A stretch of DNA of 34,899 bases from an uncultured Candidatus Saccharibacteria bacterium (GCA_964555555.1 CAZKSQ010000002.1:1-34899), one strand, 5' to 3'; positions 1-8,909 are shown, numbered from the stretch's first letter. Numbers and translations: made by a program. Notes: a model not told the origin generated them from the letters alone.

Positions 1-3
1 ATC

Positions 4-1197
4 ATGCAACGAAAGATCATTCGTCAGTACTATGTTCTGTCCTGTCTGTTCAACGCCGGCGGCATATCCGTCATCAGCGCCATCTATGTCACATTCCTGA
101 TTCACAATGGGTTGAATCTGCTTCAAGTAAATCTGGTCAATACGGTGTTCTTTTCCACCCTTTTTATTTGTGAAATTCCCACGGGAGCATTCGCAGATAT
201 ATTCGGCAGGAAAACTTCGTTTGTTGCGGCTTGCGGTCTCATGGCTATAAGCATGTTCGTTTACGGGTGCTCGCATACGTTCGTCGGATTTGCCGTAGCA
301 GAAGTGCTTGGTGCGATCGGATGCACATTCAGAAGCGGTGCGTTCCAAGCATGGCTCGTCGATAGTCTAAAACATCACGGCTATAACGGTGAATATATCA
401 CTATCTTCGGACGCGAGGGCTTGATCCGCCAGATCGGCGGAGGCATAGGTGCTGTCATCGGATCATATATGGCAGCACATAATCCTGTGCTCCCGTGGTT
501 TGTCGGCGGCGCTGTTATGGCCGTTACTACTGTCTATGCCTGCTTGGTCATGAAAGAGGAATATTTCGTGAGAGGCGTGTTCTCTTGGAAAAGAGGACTG
601 ACTTCGATGCGAGATATCGCCGTATCAAGCATTCGGTATGGTACGAACCACAAAACTGTACGCTTCATCCTGACCATCACTTGCATACAAATCTTCGCTG
701 TTCAGGCGTTGAATATGTATTGGCAGCCTTACTTCAGGAATCATAAGGTAGGCGAGCAACACCTCGGGTTCTTGTTCACCGGAATGATGATCGCTTTGGC
801 AACTGGAGCTTTCGTAGCTTCAAAACTGGATTGCAAAGGAAAGGAAAAGAAGATGATCATTCAGGCGCAGGTGTGTACCGGCTTGTTAGTGATAGCTGCT
901 GTGCTCGTACCCGGGCTTCCACTGATTGTCATCTTATTCTTGCTTCACGAAGTTCCACGCGGTTGCTGGAATCCCTTGATCGACAGCTATCTTCAGAAGC
1001 GGATTCCGTCCCATGAGCGTGCGACAATCGCTTCTTTCTGTGCTATTGCTCCGCATATTGGAGGAGTGGTCGGTCTAGTTGTGAGTGGCTTGATCGCACA
1101 GTTCTTCGGAATCTCAACAGCATGGATTGCTTCGGGAGCTTCCTTAATAATCGGGGCATTACTTGTGGCTAGAAATAGCAACAGTCACCCCGACTAA
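4..1197 (+). CDS. MFS-type transporter
   Basis: 397-aa ORF, hydrophobic throughout (about 12 helices). MFS motif-A-like GAFADIFGRKTSF follows the second helix. A hairpin terminator follows the gene. Confidence 0.8.
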   Translation: MQRKIIRQYYVLSCLFNAGGISVISAIYVTFLIHNGLNLLQVNLVNTVFFSTLFICEIPTGAFADIFGRKTSFVAACGLMAISMFVYGCSHTFVGFAVAEVLGAIGCTFRSGAFQAWLVDSLKHHGYNGEYITIFGREGLIRQIGGGIGAVIGSYMAAHNPVLPWFVGGAVMAVTTVYACLVMKEEYFVRGVFSWKRGLTSMRDIAVSSIRYGTNHKTVRFILTITCIQIFAVQALNMYWQPYFRNHKVGEQHLGFLFTGMMIALATGAFVASKLDCKGKEKKMIIQAQVCTGLLVIAAVLVPGLPLIVILFLLHEVPRGCWNPLIDSYLQKRIPSHERATIASFCAIAPHIGGVVGLVVSGLIAQFFGISTAWIASGASLIIGALLVARNSNSHPD

Positions 1198-1202
1198 ATC
1201 CT

Positions 1203-1234
1203 AATGGCTTACGCTAATCACGTAAGCCATTTTT
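1203..1234 (+). terminator. rho-independent terminator after the MFS gene
   Basis: 11-bp stem AATGGCTTACG / CGTAAGCCATT (1203-1213 / 1221-1231), 7-nt loop, then a T-run. Confidence 0.65.
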
Positions 1235-1363
1235 ATGTATGTTCTAATTCTAAAAGACTAATTTTGATACTGCCTGAGAAGTTTAAGAGTTCTGAAAGCC
1301 ACCCCAATCGGTCACATTCAGAACTTAATAAGAGTTCCGAATTTTGCCTAACTTTATAAAGTT

Positions 1364-1372
1364 TGGTAATAT
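1364..1372 (+). promoter_or_regulatory. extended -10 promoter element for the Fic gene
   Basis: TGGTAATAT (TGn + TAATAT) lies 12 nt upstream of ATG 1385. No Shine-Dalgarno sequence in between. Confidence 0.4.
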
Positions 1373-1384
1373 GGCATTATCGCC

Positions 1385-2317
1385 ATGACAACTAGACAAA
1401 AGCTCGAAATCATCCAGAAGATGCTGGGATTGACCCAGACCAAGCTCGCCGAGAGATTCGACGTGTCTTTTGTCGCGTTCAACAGCTGGTGGACTGGCAA
1501 GTCAGAGCCGCGTGCAAAAGCATTGGCCGCCATCGACGAACTATTCCTGGAAGTTACCGGCCAGAAAGTGATTCCATCCGACCAGCTCACTGCCAAGAAA
1601 AAGGCTATCGAACAGAAGTCGGAGGCGCATAAAAATGTGGTCCAGGAGATTTTGAATAACCCTGATATCCGTGACCAGTTCATTCTCAAGTTGACCTACC
1701 ACAGCAACAGCATTGAGGGTAGCACGCTCACCGAGCCTGACACGGCCGCTATTCTTTTTGATAACGCCGCATTGCCGGACAAGAGTCTCACTGAACAGCT
1801 CGAGGCTAAGAATCATCAGACAGCTTTGAATTACCTATTCGATCACATTCAGAAGGGTGAGAAAATCGATGAGAATCTGATCCTAAAGCTTCACAGCATC
1901 CTCATGAACGGCATTCGTCCCGATGCTGGATCATACCGAAACCATCCGGTCCGAATTACTGGTGTGAATCTGCCCACCGCAAATCACATGAGTGTTCGCA
2001 AACTCACTGGAGAGGTGCTTGCACGAGTAGCGGAGAAGACGAAGGACATAATTGGTCTATCAGCCTTTGTCCACGCCAAATTCGAGCAAATCCACCCTTT
2101 CTCTGACGGCAACGGCCGCATTGGCCGACTGCTCATGAACGCCATGCTCCTCAAAGAAAACATCGCGCCTGCGATTATCCGTCAGGAGCAAAAGCGCCTT
2201 TACTACGCTTATCTTTATAAGGCACAGACCAAAGACGACTTGAGTCAGCTCGAGGATTTCCTGTGCGAAGCGGTCATAATTGGTTTTGAGATATTGGAGA
2301 GGAAGGATAAGAGATAA
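1385..2317 (+). CDS. Fic/DOC family protein (probable AMPylase) with N-terminal XRE-type HTH
   Basis: Canonical Fic motif HPFSDGNGRIGR at 2093-2128. Upstream autoinhibitory-type SxxxEG (SNSIEG) at 1703-1720. N-terminus LGLTQTKLAERFDVSFVAFNSW looks like a helix-turn-helix. Confidence 0.9.
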   Translation: MTTRQKLEIIQKMLGLTQTKLAERFDVSFVAFNSWWTGKSEPRAKALAAIDELFLEVTGQKVIPSDQLTAKKKAIEQKSEAHKNVVQEILNNPDIRDQFILKLTYHSNSIEGSTLTEPDTAAILFDNAALPDKSLTEQLEAKNHQTALNYLFDHIQKGEKIDENLILKLHSILMNGIRPDAGSYRNHPVRITGVNLPTANHMSVRKLTGEVLARVAEKTKDIIGLSAFVHAKFEQIHPFSDGNGRIGRLLMNAMLLKENIAPAIIRQEQKRLYYAYLYKAQTKDDLSQLEDFLCEAVIIGFEILERKDKR

Positions 2318-2541
2318 ATAGATTTACCTACAAAATGCGCTTGCCGTAAGGCCTAGTGGTCAGATTTGTTTTTGATCTCGATTTGCTGACGGCGCCATTC
2401 CTGTTTTTCATCAGTATCCCTTCATTGCTATTCACGGCAATAGCGATTTGTTGGTTTTTCCGTGGTACAGCTTAATGTAGCGTAACGGGACTGATAAATA
2501 TTGTCAAACGATGTTAAATAGCGCGGGAAATTTTATCTTAT

Positions 2542-2563
2542 AAAAAAGCGCCCCGAAGGGCAC
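2542..2563 (-). terminator. putative terminator of the minus-strand zinc-ribbon gene
   Basis: On the minus strand: GTGCCC-TTCG-GGGCGC (short GC stem with UUCG tetraloop) followed by TTTTTT. It lies 22 nt after the stop at 2585. Confidence 0.45.
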
Positions 2564-2584
2564 TTGCGCATTTTTGAATTTAAA

Positions 2585-2905
2585 TCACGATCCATTTTTA
2601 TCCTGTTGGATTTGATCCAAAACAGGATTCGTTGCTGCCGGTCCCAAGTCGATTGGCTTACGTTTCGTGAGGTCTATCAACTTCATGTCGGTATATTTCC
2701 CGCTTGGCATCGGCTTGGTGGAAGCAAAGGCTATTCTCCTGAGGGTTATTTTGCAGGCCTCGCAGACGTTATTGGGGTTATATCGACTAAGAGCATGACC
2801 GCAGCGGAAGCAATGCCCATCGTTGCCAAATTGCTCTGTTCTAGGCTTTAACATTTCGCCCAACGAATGTGGGCCGGCTCTGACTTCATTCTGTTGGTAG
2901 TTCAT
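2585..2905 (-). CDS. small zinc-ribbon protein, function unknown
   Basis: 106-aa ORF with CFRCG-x13-CEAC (CxxC...CxxC). A correctly oriented terminator lies downstream. Preferred over the overlapping plus-strand ORF 2564-2851, which has no motif. Confidence 0.5.
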   Translation of the reverse strand: MNYQQNEVRAGPHSLGEMLKPRTEQFGNDGHCFRCGHALSRYNPNNVCEACKITLRRIAFASTKPMPSGKYTDMKLIDLTKRKPIDLGPAATNPVLDQIQQDKNGS

Positions 2906-2991
2906 AATGGTTTGTTCAATGAATTTCTGTCGTGAATATACACCCGTGTCAAGGCATTGTAAACAAGCCCATATTGGTTAAATTGCGAGCA

Positions 2992-4002
2992 TCAGTGCTC
3001 CATGTGCTTCAGGACTTCAAGGTACAGATTCTCGACGATCTCTTCTTGTGCCTTGCCAATCTTGGCATAGTGGTCCAGGCCTGGCGCAGAATTGATCTCT
3101 AGCACCCAGTAAGTAGCCGGCTTGTCCTTGATATCGCCATTGATCATCAGATCGACTCCGCAAAGGCGCAAGCCCATGTCGCGAGTCAGTTTTATTGCCA
3201 GCATTTTAAATTCTGGATGGATGCTATTTGTCACATCGACCGAATCTCCGCCGGTAGAAAGGTTGGCATTATCAAGAAGAAATACTTTTTGTTTTTTGGA
3301 AGGAACAGAGCGCAAGCTCATGCCCTGATGCTGGAGCTTTATTTTGATCCTCGGGTCATCGATCTTGATGCGCGTATCACGGCTAGAGGCTTTGAATCCC
3401 TTTTGTTTTGCTTTCAATAGTTGCAGTATGGTTGATTTTCCGTTTCCAACAATGCTGAGCGGAATGCGTTCGTATGCGGAGATGATCTTATCGTCGAGGA
3501 CGACTATGCGATAATCGCGGCCTTTGACCGGCTTCTGGACAAGAACGATCCTGTCGCTCTTGAATACCGATCTGACTGCTTTATAGAATTCATTTTTGTT
3601 ATGGACGAGCGCGACACCTACGCCCTGGCTTCCGCTGTTCGGCTTTACAATCACGGGGAAGCCGAGCCTCTTTGCGTGCATATATGATGCGTCAATATTC
3701 CTTCCTCGGGCACCTATTGTTTCGCCCCAGCTATCGGAAAAGAAAGTCTTGCTGCCTGGCACAATAGGATAACCCATCTTTTCCATAAAAAAGTTGGAAT
3801 AATCCTTGTCTCGCGCTATTTCGGATGCGCCCATAGGGTTGAGGTCGAGGGTATTGTACCGGAAATAAGAATGCCGGCCATTCTTGAAAGTAATCTGGCC
3901 AACAACGTTCCATTCCGGCTCCAGTAAGACCTTTGCCCCGATGCGCGGGGCGATCTTTGCCAAGAGCTTTCCTAAAATAGGTACTAGTCTTTCTTTTTTC
4001 AT
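2992..4002 (-). CDS. ATP-grasp ligase (RimK / glutathione synthetase / cyanophycin-synthetase-like)
   Basis: 336 aa. Contains GFPVIVKPNSGSQGVGV, RDYRIVVLD and C-terminal VLEINSAPG, typical ATP-grasp nucleotide-binding and Mg-binding segments. Confidence 0.8.
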   Translation of the reverse strand: MKKERLVPILGKLLAKIAPRIGAKVLLEPEWNVVGQITFKNGRHSYFRYNTLDLNPMGASEIARDKDYSNFFMEKMGYPIVPGSKTFFSDSWGETIGARGRNIDASYMHAKRLGFPVIVKPNSGSQGVGVALVHNKNEFYKAVRSVFKSDRIVLVQKPVKGRDYRIVVLDDKIISAYERIPLSIVGNGKSTILQLLKAKQKGFKASSRDTRIKIDDPRIKIKLQHQGMSLRSVPSKKQKVFLLDNANLSTGGDSVDVTNSIHPEFKMLAIKLTRDMGLRLCGVDLMINGDIKDKPATYWVLEINSAPGLDHYAKIGKAQEEIVENLYLEVLKHMEH

Positions 4003-4143
4003 ATAATCAGGTAGTTATAGCATTCGGGTGGGCACTAATCAATATTCTATTAAGGCTTGCAAGGGAAGAATTTCAAGGCTTGCTTATGAGAATTTTAGGT
4101 GTAGTATGCGTAATATAAGCATTCTTAATGCGTCTTCAATACT

Positions 4144-4503
4144 ATGAAAAATAAGCTTAAACTGCTTTTCGCGCTCCCCATACTGGCACTGGCTTTCGTA
4201 GCTGTTTTGGCTATGCCTCACACTGCCAGCGCAAACTGGGGCAATGGAGGCTACGGAGGAGGTTATGGCGGCGGCAATCGCGGTGGATACAATGGAGGTT
4301 ATGGTGGCGGATACAACGGAGGCGGCTATAATGGCGGTTATGGAGGAGGATATCACAACCCACCTGTCTATACTCCGACAGTTCTGCAAACCGCTTACTC
4401 TTATTCATATTATCCGACGTACAGTTACACTCCCGTCTATTATCCAGTTTATTATCCTTCATACACTTATTCGTCTTACGGTTACGGATCGTATTACTAC
4501 TAG
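4144..4503 (+). CDS. secreted Gly/Tyr-rich low-complexity protein
   Basis: 119 aa. Signal peptide MKNKLKLLFALPILALAFVAVLAMPHTASA with an AxA cleavage site. Then (GGYGG/GGYNG)n repeats, then a Tyr/Pro/Ser/Thr-rich tail ending GSYYY. Confidence 0.7.
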   Translation: MKNKLKLLFALPILALAFVAVLAMPHTASANWGNGGYGGGYGGGNRGGYNGGYGGGYNGGGYNGGYGGGYHNPPVYTPTVLQTAYSYSYYPTYSYTPVYYPVYYPSYTYSSYGYGSYYY

Positions 4504-4530
4504 ACGGTTAAATAACAGACGATACGCATT

Positions 4531-4651
4531 GGCGCGACCGTCGCAGCGATGACAAGTGTCCGGTGAGCTTGACGAGACGGAGACTTCGTCGAGCCGACCC
4601 CCCTTCGCTCTCCCTGTGGTCGAGCTAGGGCGGGGCAAGGGAGGGAGCGCC
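4531..4651. other. GC-rich self-complementary island, possible structured RNA
   Basis: Ends GGCGC (4531-4535) and GCGCC (4647-4651) are complementary. Internal 9-bp hairpin GCTTGACGA / TCGTCGAGC (4567-4575 / 4586-4594). CTCCCT (4610-4615) pairs with AGGGAG (4642-4647). Much more GC-rich than its flanks and sits in the 213-nt gap upstream of valS. Confidence 0.25.
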
Positions 4652-4701
4652 CATAAGAGCATTCAATTTGAATTGGTTTCTTGGTTATTGGCTATAATTT
4701 T

Positions 4702-4710
4702 TGCTATGAT
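4702..4710 (+). promoter_or_regulatory. extended -10 element, leaderless-type, for valS
   Basis: TGCTATGAT ends 6 nt before ATG 4717. No SD. Confidence 0.45.
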
Positions 4711-4716
4711 GTTGCG

Positions 4717-6864
4717 ATGGACGACAAATTCCTAAAGCCCTACGACCCAAAAGCCACCGAAGATAAAATCTATGCGATTTGGGAGAAAAGCGGTCTTTTC
4801 AACCCCGATGAATGCATAAAGCAGGGAATAATTGCCGCAGACGCCAAGCCTTTCACGATAATAATGCCGCCGACCAATGCCAACGGTTCGCTTCATGCTG
4901 GCCACGGTTTGGTAATGACCATAGAAGACATCATGACCCGCTACAAGAGAATGCGCGGATTCAAAACTCTTTGGCTGCCTGGCCTCGACCATGCCGGCTT
5001 CGAAACGCAGGTCGTCTATGAGAAAAAGCTGGAAAAAGAGGGAAGGACGCGCTTCGAGATAGAACCAAAGAAGCTTTATGAGGAGATCCTTGACTTCACG
5101 CTGACCAATTCAAAGAATATCAAATCCCAAGTCAGGAAAATGGGCGCATCGTGCGACTGGTCGCGCGAACGATTTACCTTGGACCCGGAAATAGTCAAAA
5201 CGGTCTATTCGACTTTCAAAAAGCTTTCTGATGACAAGTTATTGTATCGAGGAAAAAGAATAGTGAGCTGGTGCACCAAGCATCAAACTTCTTTTTCCGA
5301 TCTGGAAATAAAAGATGAAGAGCGTGTGGAAGATTTTTATTATTTGAAATATGGCCCATTCATTATTGGCACTTCTAGGCCGGAGACAAAATTTGGCGAC
5401 AAATATGTCGTTATGCATCCGGATGATAAGAGGTATGCGCAGTATAAGGATGGCCAAAAGATCGACCTTGAATGGATAAACGGCGCCGTTACCGCGACCA
5501 TAATAAAAGATAAGGCGGTGGATATGGAATTCGGCACTGGCGTAATGACCATAACGCCTTGGCATGACCCCGTAGACTTCGAAATAGCTGAACGGCACGG
5601 TTTGGACAAGGAACAAGTTATCGACGAGCAAGGCAAGCTATTGCCGATCGCAGGAGAATTTGCTGGCCAACATATAAAAAAGGCCAGACCTCTAATTGTC
5701 GAGAAGCTCCAGAAGAAGGGATTGGTTGATAAGATCCAGCTTGATTACAAGCATGTCGTCAGGACTTGCTACAAGTGCGGTACGATCATCGAACCACAGA
5801 TAAAGAGCCAATGGTTCGTAAAGATGAAGCCTTTGGCGGAAAAAGCTCTTGAAAAGATAAGGTCAAAGGAAATCCAATACATTCCTGACCATTACGAGAA
5901 GATCACCATTCACTGGCTGGAAAATATCATCGACTGGAATATCTCCAGGCAGATCGTTTGGGGCATACCTATTCCTGCCAAAATTTGCATGAAGTGCGGC
6001 GAAGGCTATGTGGATTTGGAGAATAAGCTGACTAAATGCGAAAAGTGCGGCGGCGAGCTGATCGCAGACAAGGATACCTTCGATACCTGGTTCTCTTCGG
6101 GCCAATGGTCTTTTGCTTCTCTGGGCTTTCCGGACAGCAATGACTTCAAGGCCTACTATCCGACCGACGTCATGGAAACTGCCGGCGAGATCATCTTCTT
6201 TTGGGTTTCCAGGATGATAATGCTGGGGCTTTATGTTACTGGCAAGGTCCCTTTCAAAACAGTCTACCTTCATGGTTTGGTCTTGGATGCCAAAGGCCAA
6301 AAGATGAGTAAAAGCAAAGGCAATGTTATCAATCCGCTTGACCTGACGGGGAAGTTTGGCACGGACGCTTTCCGCATGGGATTGGTCATTGGCAATACCC
6401 CTGGAACCTCTTTGGCACTTTCTGAAGACAAGGTCACCGCTTATAAGAAATTCGTGAATAAGCTCTGGAATATCACTCGTTTCGTGCTGACTTCTGTCGA
6501 AGGCACGGAATTGAATGCCGAATTCAAAGACTGGAGCGTGACTGACGCTGAACTAAAAAAGGAAATCGATGTCATAATCGAAGATATTACCAAAGACATG
6601 GATAATTTCCGCTTCTACATGGCTGGCGAGAAGATGTATCACTACGCTTGGCACAGATATGCGGATGTAATTCTGGAAGAGAGCAAAAAAGTGCTAAAAG
6701 AGGGAAGTGAGCAGGAGATAAATTCCAGAAAACAGTTCCTGCTCTATGGTTTTGAGAAAATACTCAAGGTTCTGCATCCATTCATGCCTTTTGTGACCGA
6801 GGAAATATGGGCGAGCATGCCTAAGTCTGGCAAACGGCTCATGATGGTGGAAAAATGGCCCTGA
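4717..6864 (+). CDS. valS: valine--tRNA ligase (short form)
   Basis: PPTNANGSLHAGHG (HIGH region), DTWFSSGQW and KMSKS are present. Start moved from TTG 4681 to ATG 4717 (MDDKFLKPYDP) because of the promoter position. Confidence 0.9.
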   Translation: MDDKFLKPYDPKATEDKIYAIWEKSGLFNPDECIKQGIIAADAKPFTIIMPPTNANGSLHAGHGLVMTIEDIMTRYKRMRGFKTLWLPGLDHAGFETQVVYEKKLEKEGRTRFEIEPKKLYEEILDFTLTNSKNIKSQVRKMGASCDWSRERFTLDPEIVKTVYSTFKKLSDDKLLYRGKRIVSWCTKHQTSFSDLEIKDEERVEDFYYLKYGPFIIGTSRPETKFGDKYVVMHPDDKRYAQYKDGQKIDLEWINGAVTATIIKDKAVDMEFGTGVMTITPWHDPVDFEIAERHGLDKEQVIDEQGKLLPIAGEFAGQHIKKARPLIVEKLQKKGLVDKIQLDYKHVVRTCYKCGTIIEPQIKSQWFVKMKPLAEKALEKIRSKEIQYIPDHYEKITIHWLENIIDWNISRQIVWGIPIPAKICMKCGEGYVDLENKLTKCEKCGGELIADKDTFDTWFSSGQWSFASLGFPDSNDFKAYYPTDVMETAGEIIFFWVSRMIMLGLYVTGKVPFKTVYLHGLVLDAKGQKMSKSKGNVINPLDLTGKFGTDAFRMGLVIGNTPGTSLALSEDKVTAYKKFVNKLWNITRFVLTSVEGTELNAEFKDWSVTDAELKKEIDVIIEDITKDMDNFRFYMAGEKMYHYAWHRYADVILEESKKVLKEGSEQEINSRKQFLLYGFEKILKVLHPFMPFVTEEIWASMPKSGKRLMMVEKWP

Positions 6865-6938
6865 CTATCCACAGCTACGGCATCCGTTACATGATATTAT
6901 TATGGTGCTATTAATGACGCTTATCTTTTAAATATATT

Positions 6939-8909
6939 ATGAAAAATAAAATCCTAGCCGGAGCGATCTTGTCTGTTGCCATCTCCTTGTTCGGTTTCCA
7001 GGCTGTGTTCGGACAATCGCCCAGCCCGTCTCCTCATTCACCGGACATTAATGGCGACGGTTGCGTCGATATGACAGATTTCAACCTTGAAAATGCCCAA
7101 GTTGCTGCCAGAAGCGGCAATATGAGATACGATATCAACGGAGACGGCAGGGTTGATATTGCTGATTCGCGTTTGGTCGTCACTTCGTTCAATAATCCCG
7201 GCGGCACGCCTTGCGTTTCTCCGTCGCCGTCGCCCTCATCTTCTCCCTCTTCATCGCCGAGCTCTTCGCCTTCTCCCAGCTCATCGCCCGGACCGCTTTC
7301 CGTCACCATCACAAGCCCGACCGATGGCCAGAGCTTCAATGCCTCGCCGATCGGCTTTACCGTGAGCACGGTGGGAACTGGCATACAGAGGGTTGAATAC
7401 TATGAAGATGGAGTCATGATAGATACCACATCCGCATCCCCGTATGACTTTACTTGGCCTATCAGCTCTTCCGATAACGGCACCCACAGCTTCATCGCAA
7501 AGATCTACAACGGCGCCGCCGCTGCTTTCTCGACTAATACCGTCAAGCTTACGGTTGCGATAGCCAAGGGCGGCGACCTCTTCGGCTGGGCATGGTCATC
7601 GAACATCGGATGGATCAACATGAATTGCTCGCAGGCGAACCCGTCGCCATCGCCAGGACCTACTCCTGGACCTAGCGGCGGCTGCAGCTCTTCGAGCTAT
7701 AAGGTCACGGTTGATGGACAGGGTAATATGACGGGCTATGCATGGTCTCCTAACGTCGGCTGGATACAGTTCGGCGGGCTCGCTGGCCAGAATGTGAATG
7801 GAATAACGACCGCGGATGCCAAGGTGAATCTTGTTAATCCCAATCAAGGTAAAGTTTCTGGATGGATTCGCGCTTGCGGCGGCACAGTTCCTGGCGACTG
7901 CTCGAGCATGACAGCTAGGAGCGACGGCTGGGATGGCTGGATAGAGCTGTCAGGAAACAACCACGCATCGCCAGACCTCACGTGGGCAAGCGGCGTGACG
8001 ATGGCGCCTTCGTCGGGAAATTTTGGCGGATATGCCTGGGGAGGACCAGTGGTAGGCTGGATACAATTCAATGCCAATAATTCGACGACTTATGAAGTCT
8101 CTTGCCCGGGCTGTACGGGAGGATCTCTAGGACCGCCGTCGATAACTTCATGTAACGGCGCGCTCATCGCTCAAAGCGCCTCATTGCCTTATGCTGGAAC
8201 AAACTTGTCTATACCTGCCAATGTCGCGGTGACGACTGGAGGCGCAGGTCCGGCATACAAGTTCCGGTGGATAGACACCAGTGATACCGCGGCAAGCACG
8301 AACAGCGGCTACGTAACAGGCGGCGGCCCTGGCCAAAACAATAATGCCGCCGATACATTGCCTATTCCCGCGAATAGCATGGATCAAGCCCGTTACGACA
8401 CCATCAGCGTCCAAGCCCAAGATTCCGCCGGCACCGCTATGGTCAATCCTTACGCCTGCGGAACCGTGCGAGTAGCGCCGAATCCGGGTGGTACCCCACC
8501 AACGGGAGGAAGCGGCAACGATGGAAATGTGCATTTGCTCATCGGAAGCGCAGGCAATACGCCTGGGGCTAGCACGTTGTCTGTAAAGGCTGGCCAAGCG
8601 TTCGCGCTAAAGTGGGTGATTCCAGATGGAGCAAAATGTAGTACTCTTACTCAAGATAGTACGGGTGCAAATGTGGCGATCTCGAAGTGGCAGGCTGTAT
8701 TCGCAACACTAAAGCTCGACGTCAGCGTCAATCCTAGGCAGATTGCAGATAATATGACGACATCAAAATCAGACGGAGTAACTTCAAAGGCGTATACTTT
8801 CTCCCTCAAGGGTTGTGTTGATGGAATTGGAGTACCTCTTGATGATGGCACGGGTCAAGACCCTCATGCTGTATTGCATATAAGCGCTTCTTCGCTGATA
8901 GAAATATAA
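6939..8909 (+). CDS. secreted multidomain surface protein: dockerin-like repeats, Pro/Ser linker, Ig-like region, GW repeats
   Basis: Signal peptide. DINGDGCVDMTD (from 7044) and DINGDGRVDIAD (from 7131). SPSPSPSSSPSSS linker. Three G(W/Y)AW..N(I/V)GWI.(F/M) motifs. Confidence 0.85.
   Translation: MKNKILAGAILSVAISLFGFQAVFGQSPSPSPHSPDINGDGCVDMTDFNLENAQVAARSGNMRYDINGDGRVDIADSRLVVTSFNNPGGTPCVSPSPSPSSSPSSSPSSSPSPSSSPGPLSVTITSPTDGQSFNASPIGFTVSTVGTGIQRVEYYEDGVMIDTTSASPYDFTWPISSSDNGTHSFIAKIYNGAAAAFSTNTVKLTVAIAKGGDLFGWAWSSNIGWINMNCSQANPSPSPGPTPGPSGGCSSSSYKVTVDGQGNMTGYAWSPNVGWIQFGGLAGQNVNGITTADAKVNLVNPNQGKVSGWIRACGGTVPGDCSSMTARSDGWDGWIELSGNNHASPDLTWASGVTMAPSSGNFGGYAWGGPVVGWIQFNANNSTTYEVSCPGCTGGSLGPPSITSCNGALIAQSASLPYAGTNLSIPANVAVTTGGAGPAYKFRWIDTSDTAASTNSGYVTGGGPGQNNNAADTLPIPANSMDQARYDTISVQAQDSAGTAMVNPYACGTVRVAPNPGGTPPTGGSGNDGNVHLLIGSAGNTPGASTLSVKAGQAFALKWVIPDGAKCSTLTQDSTGANVAISKWQAVFATLKLDVSVNPRQIADNMTTSKSDGVTSKAYTFSLKGCVDGIGVPLDDGTGQDPHAVLHISASSLIEI
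7218..7295 (+). repeat. low-complexity Pro/Ser linker coding repeat
   Basis: SPSPSPSSSPSSSPSSSPSPSSSPGP encoded by degenerate TCN-CCN repeats. Confidence 0.8.

Noticed and set aside
2564-2851. 95-aa plus-strand ORF overlapping the zinc-ribbon gene
   Set aside because: It has no motif. The hairpin/T-run orientation and the CxxC...CxxC pattern favour the minus-strand ORF. Neither is certain.
4531-4651. Possibility that the GC-rich island is an SRP RNA, a T-box leader or a tRNA
   Set aside because: I could not find the SRP helix-8 GGAA / AGCA signature, a T-box specifier or antiterminator layout (and it is too short), or a cloverleaf with a T-loop. It is kept only as an unexplained structured island.
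4681-4716. Upstream TTG/GTG extensions of ORFs in the track (valS 4681, 10199, 11292, 12346, 12897, 25942, 27983, 10064, 11187, 23290)
   Set aside because: The extensions add non-conserved residues, often overlap the upstream gene or lie upstream of the predicted -10 element. Internal ATGs with promoter, SD or signal-peptide support were preferred.
7218-7295. Short tandem repeats (Pro/Ser linker; also the GY-coding repeats at about 4240-4350) as possible CRISPR or VNTR arrays
   Set aside because: They are in-frame low-complexity coding repeats inside confident ORFs, with no repeat-spacer periodicity.
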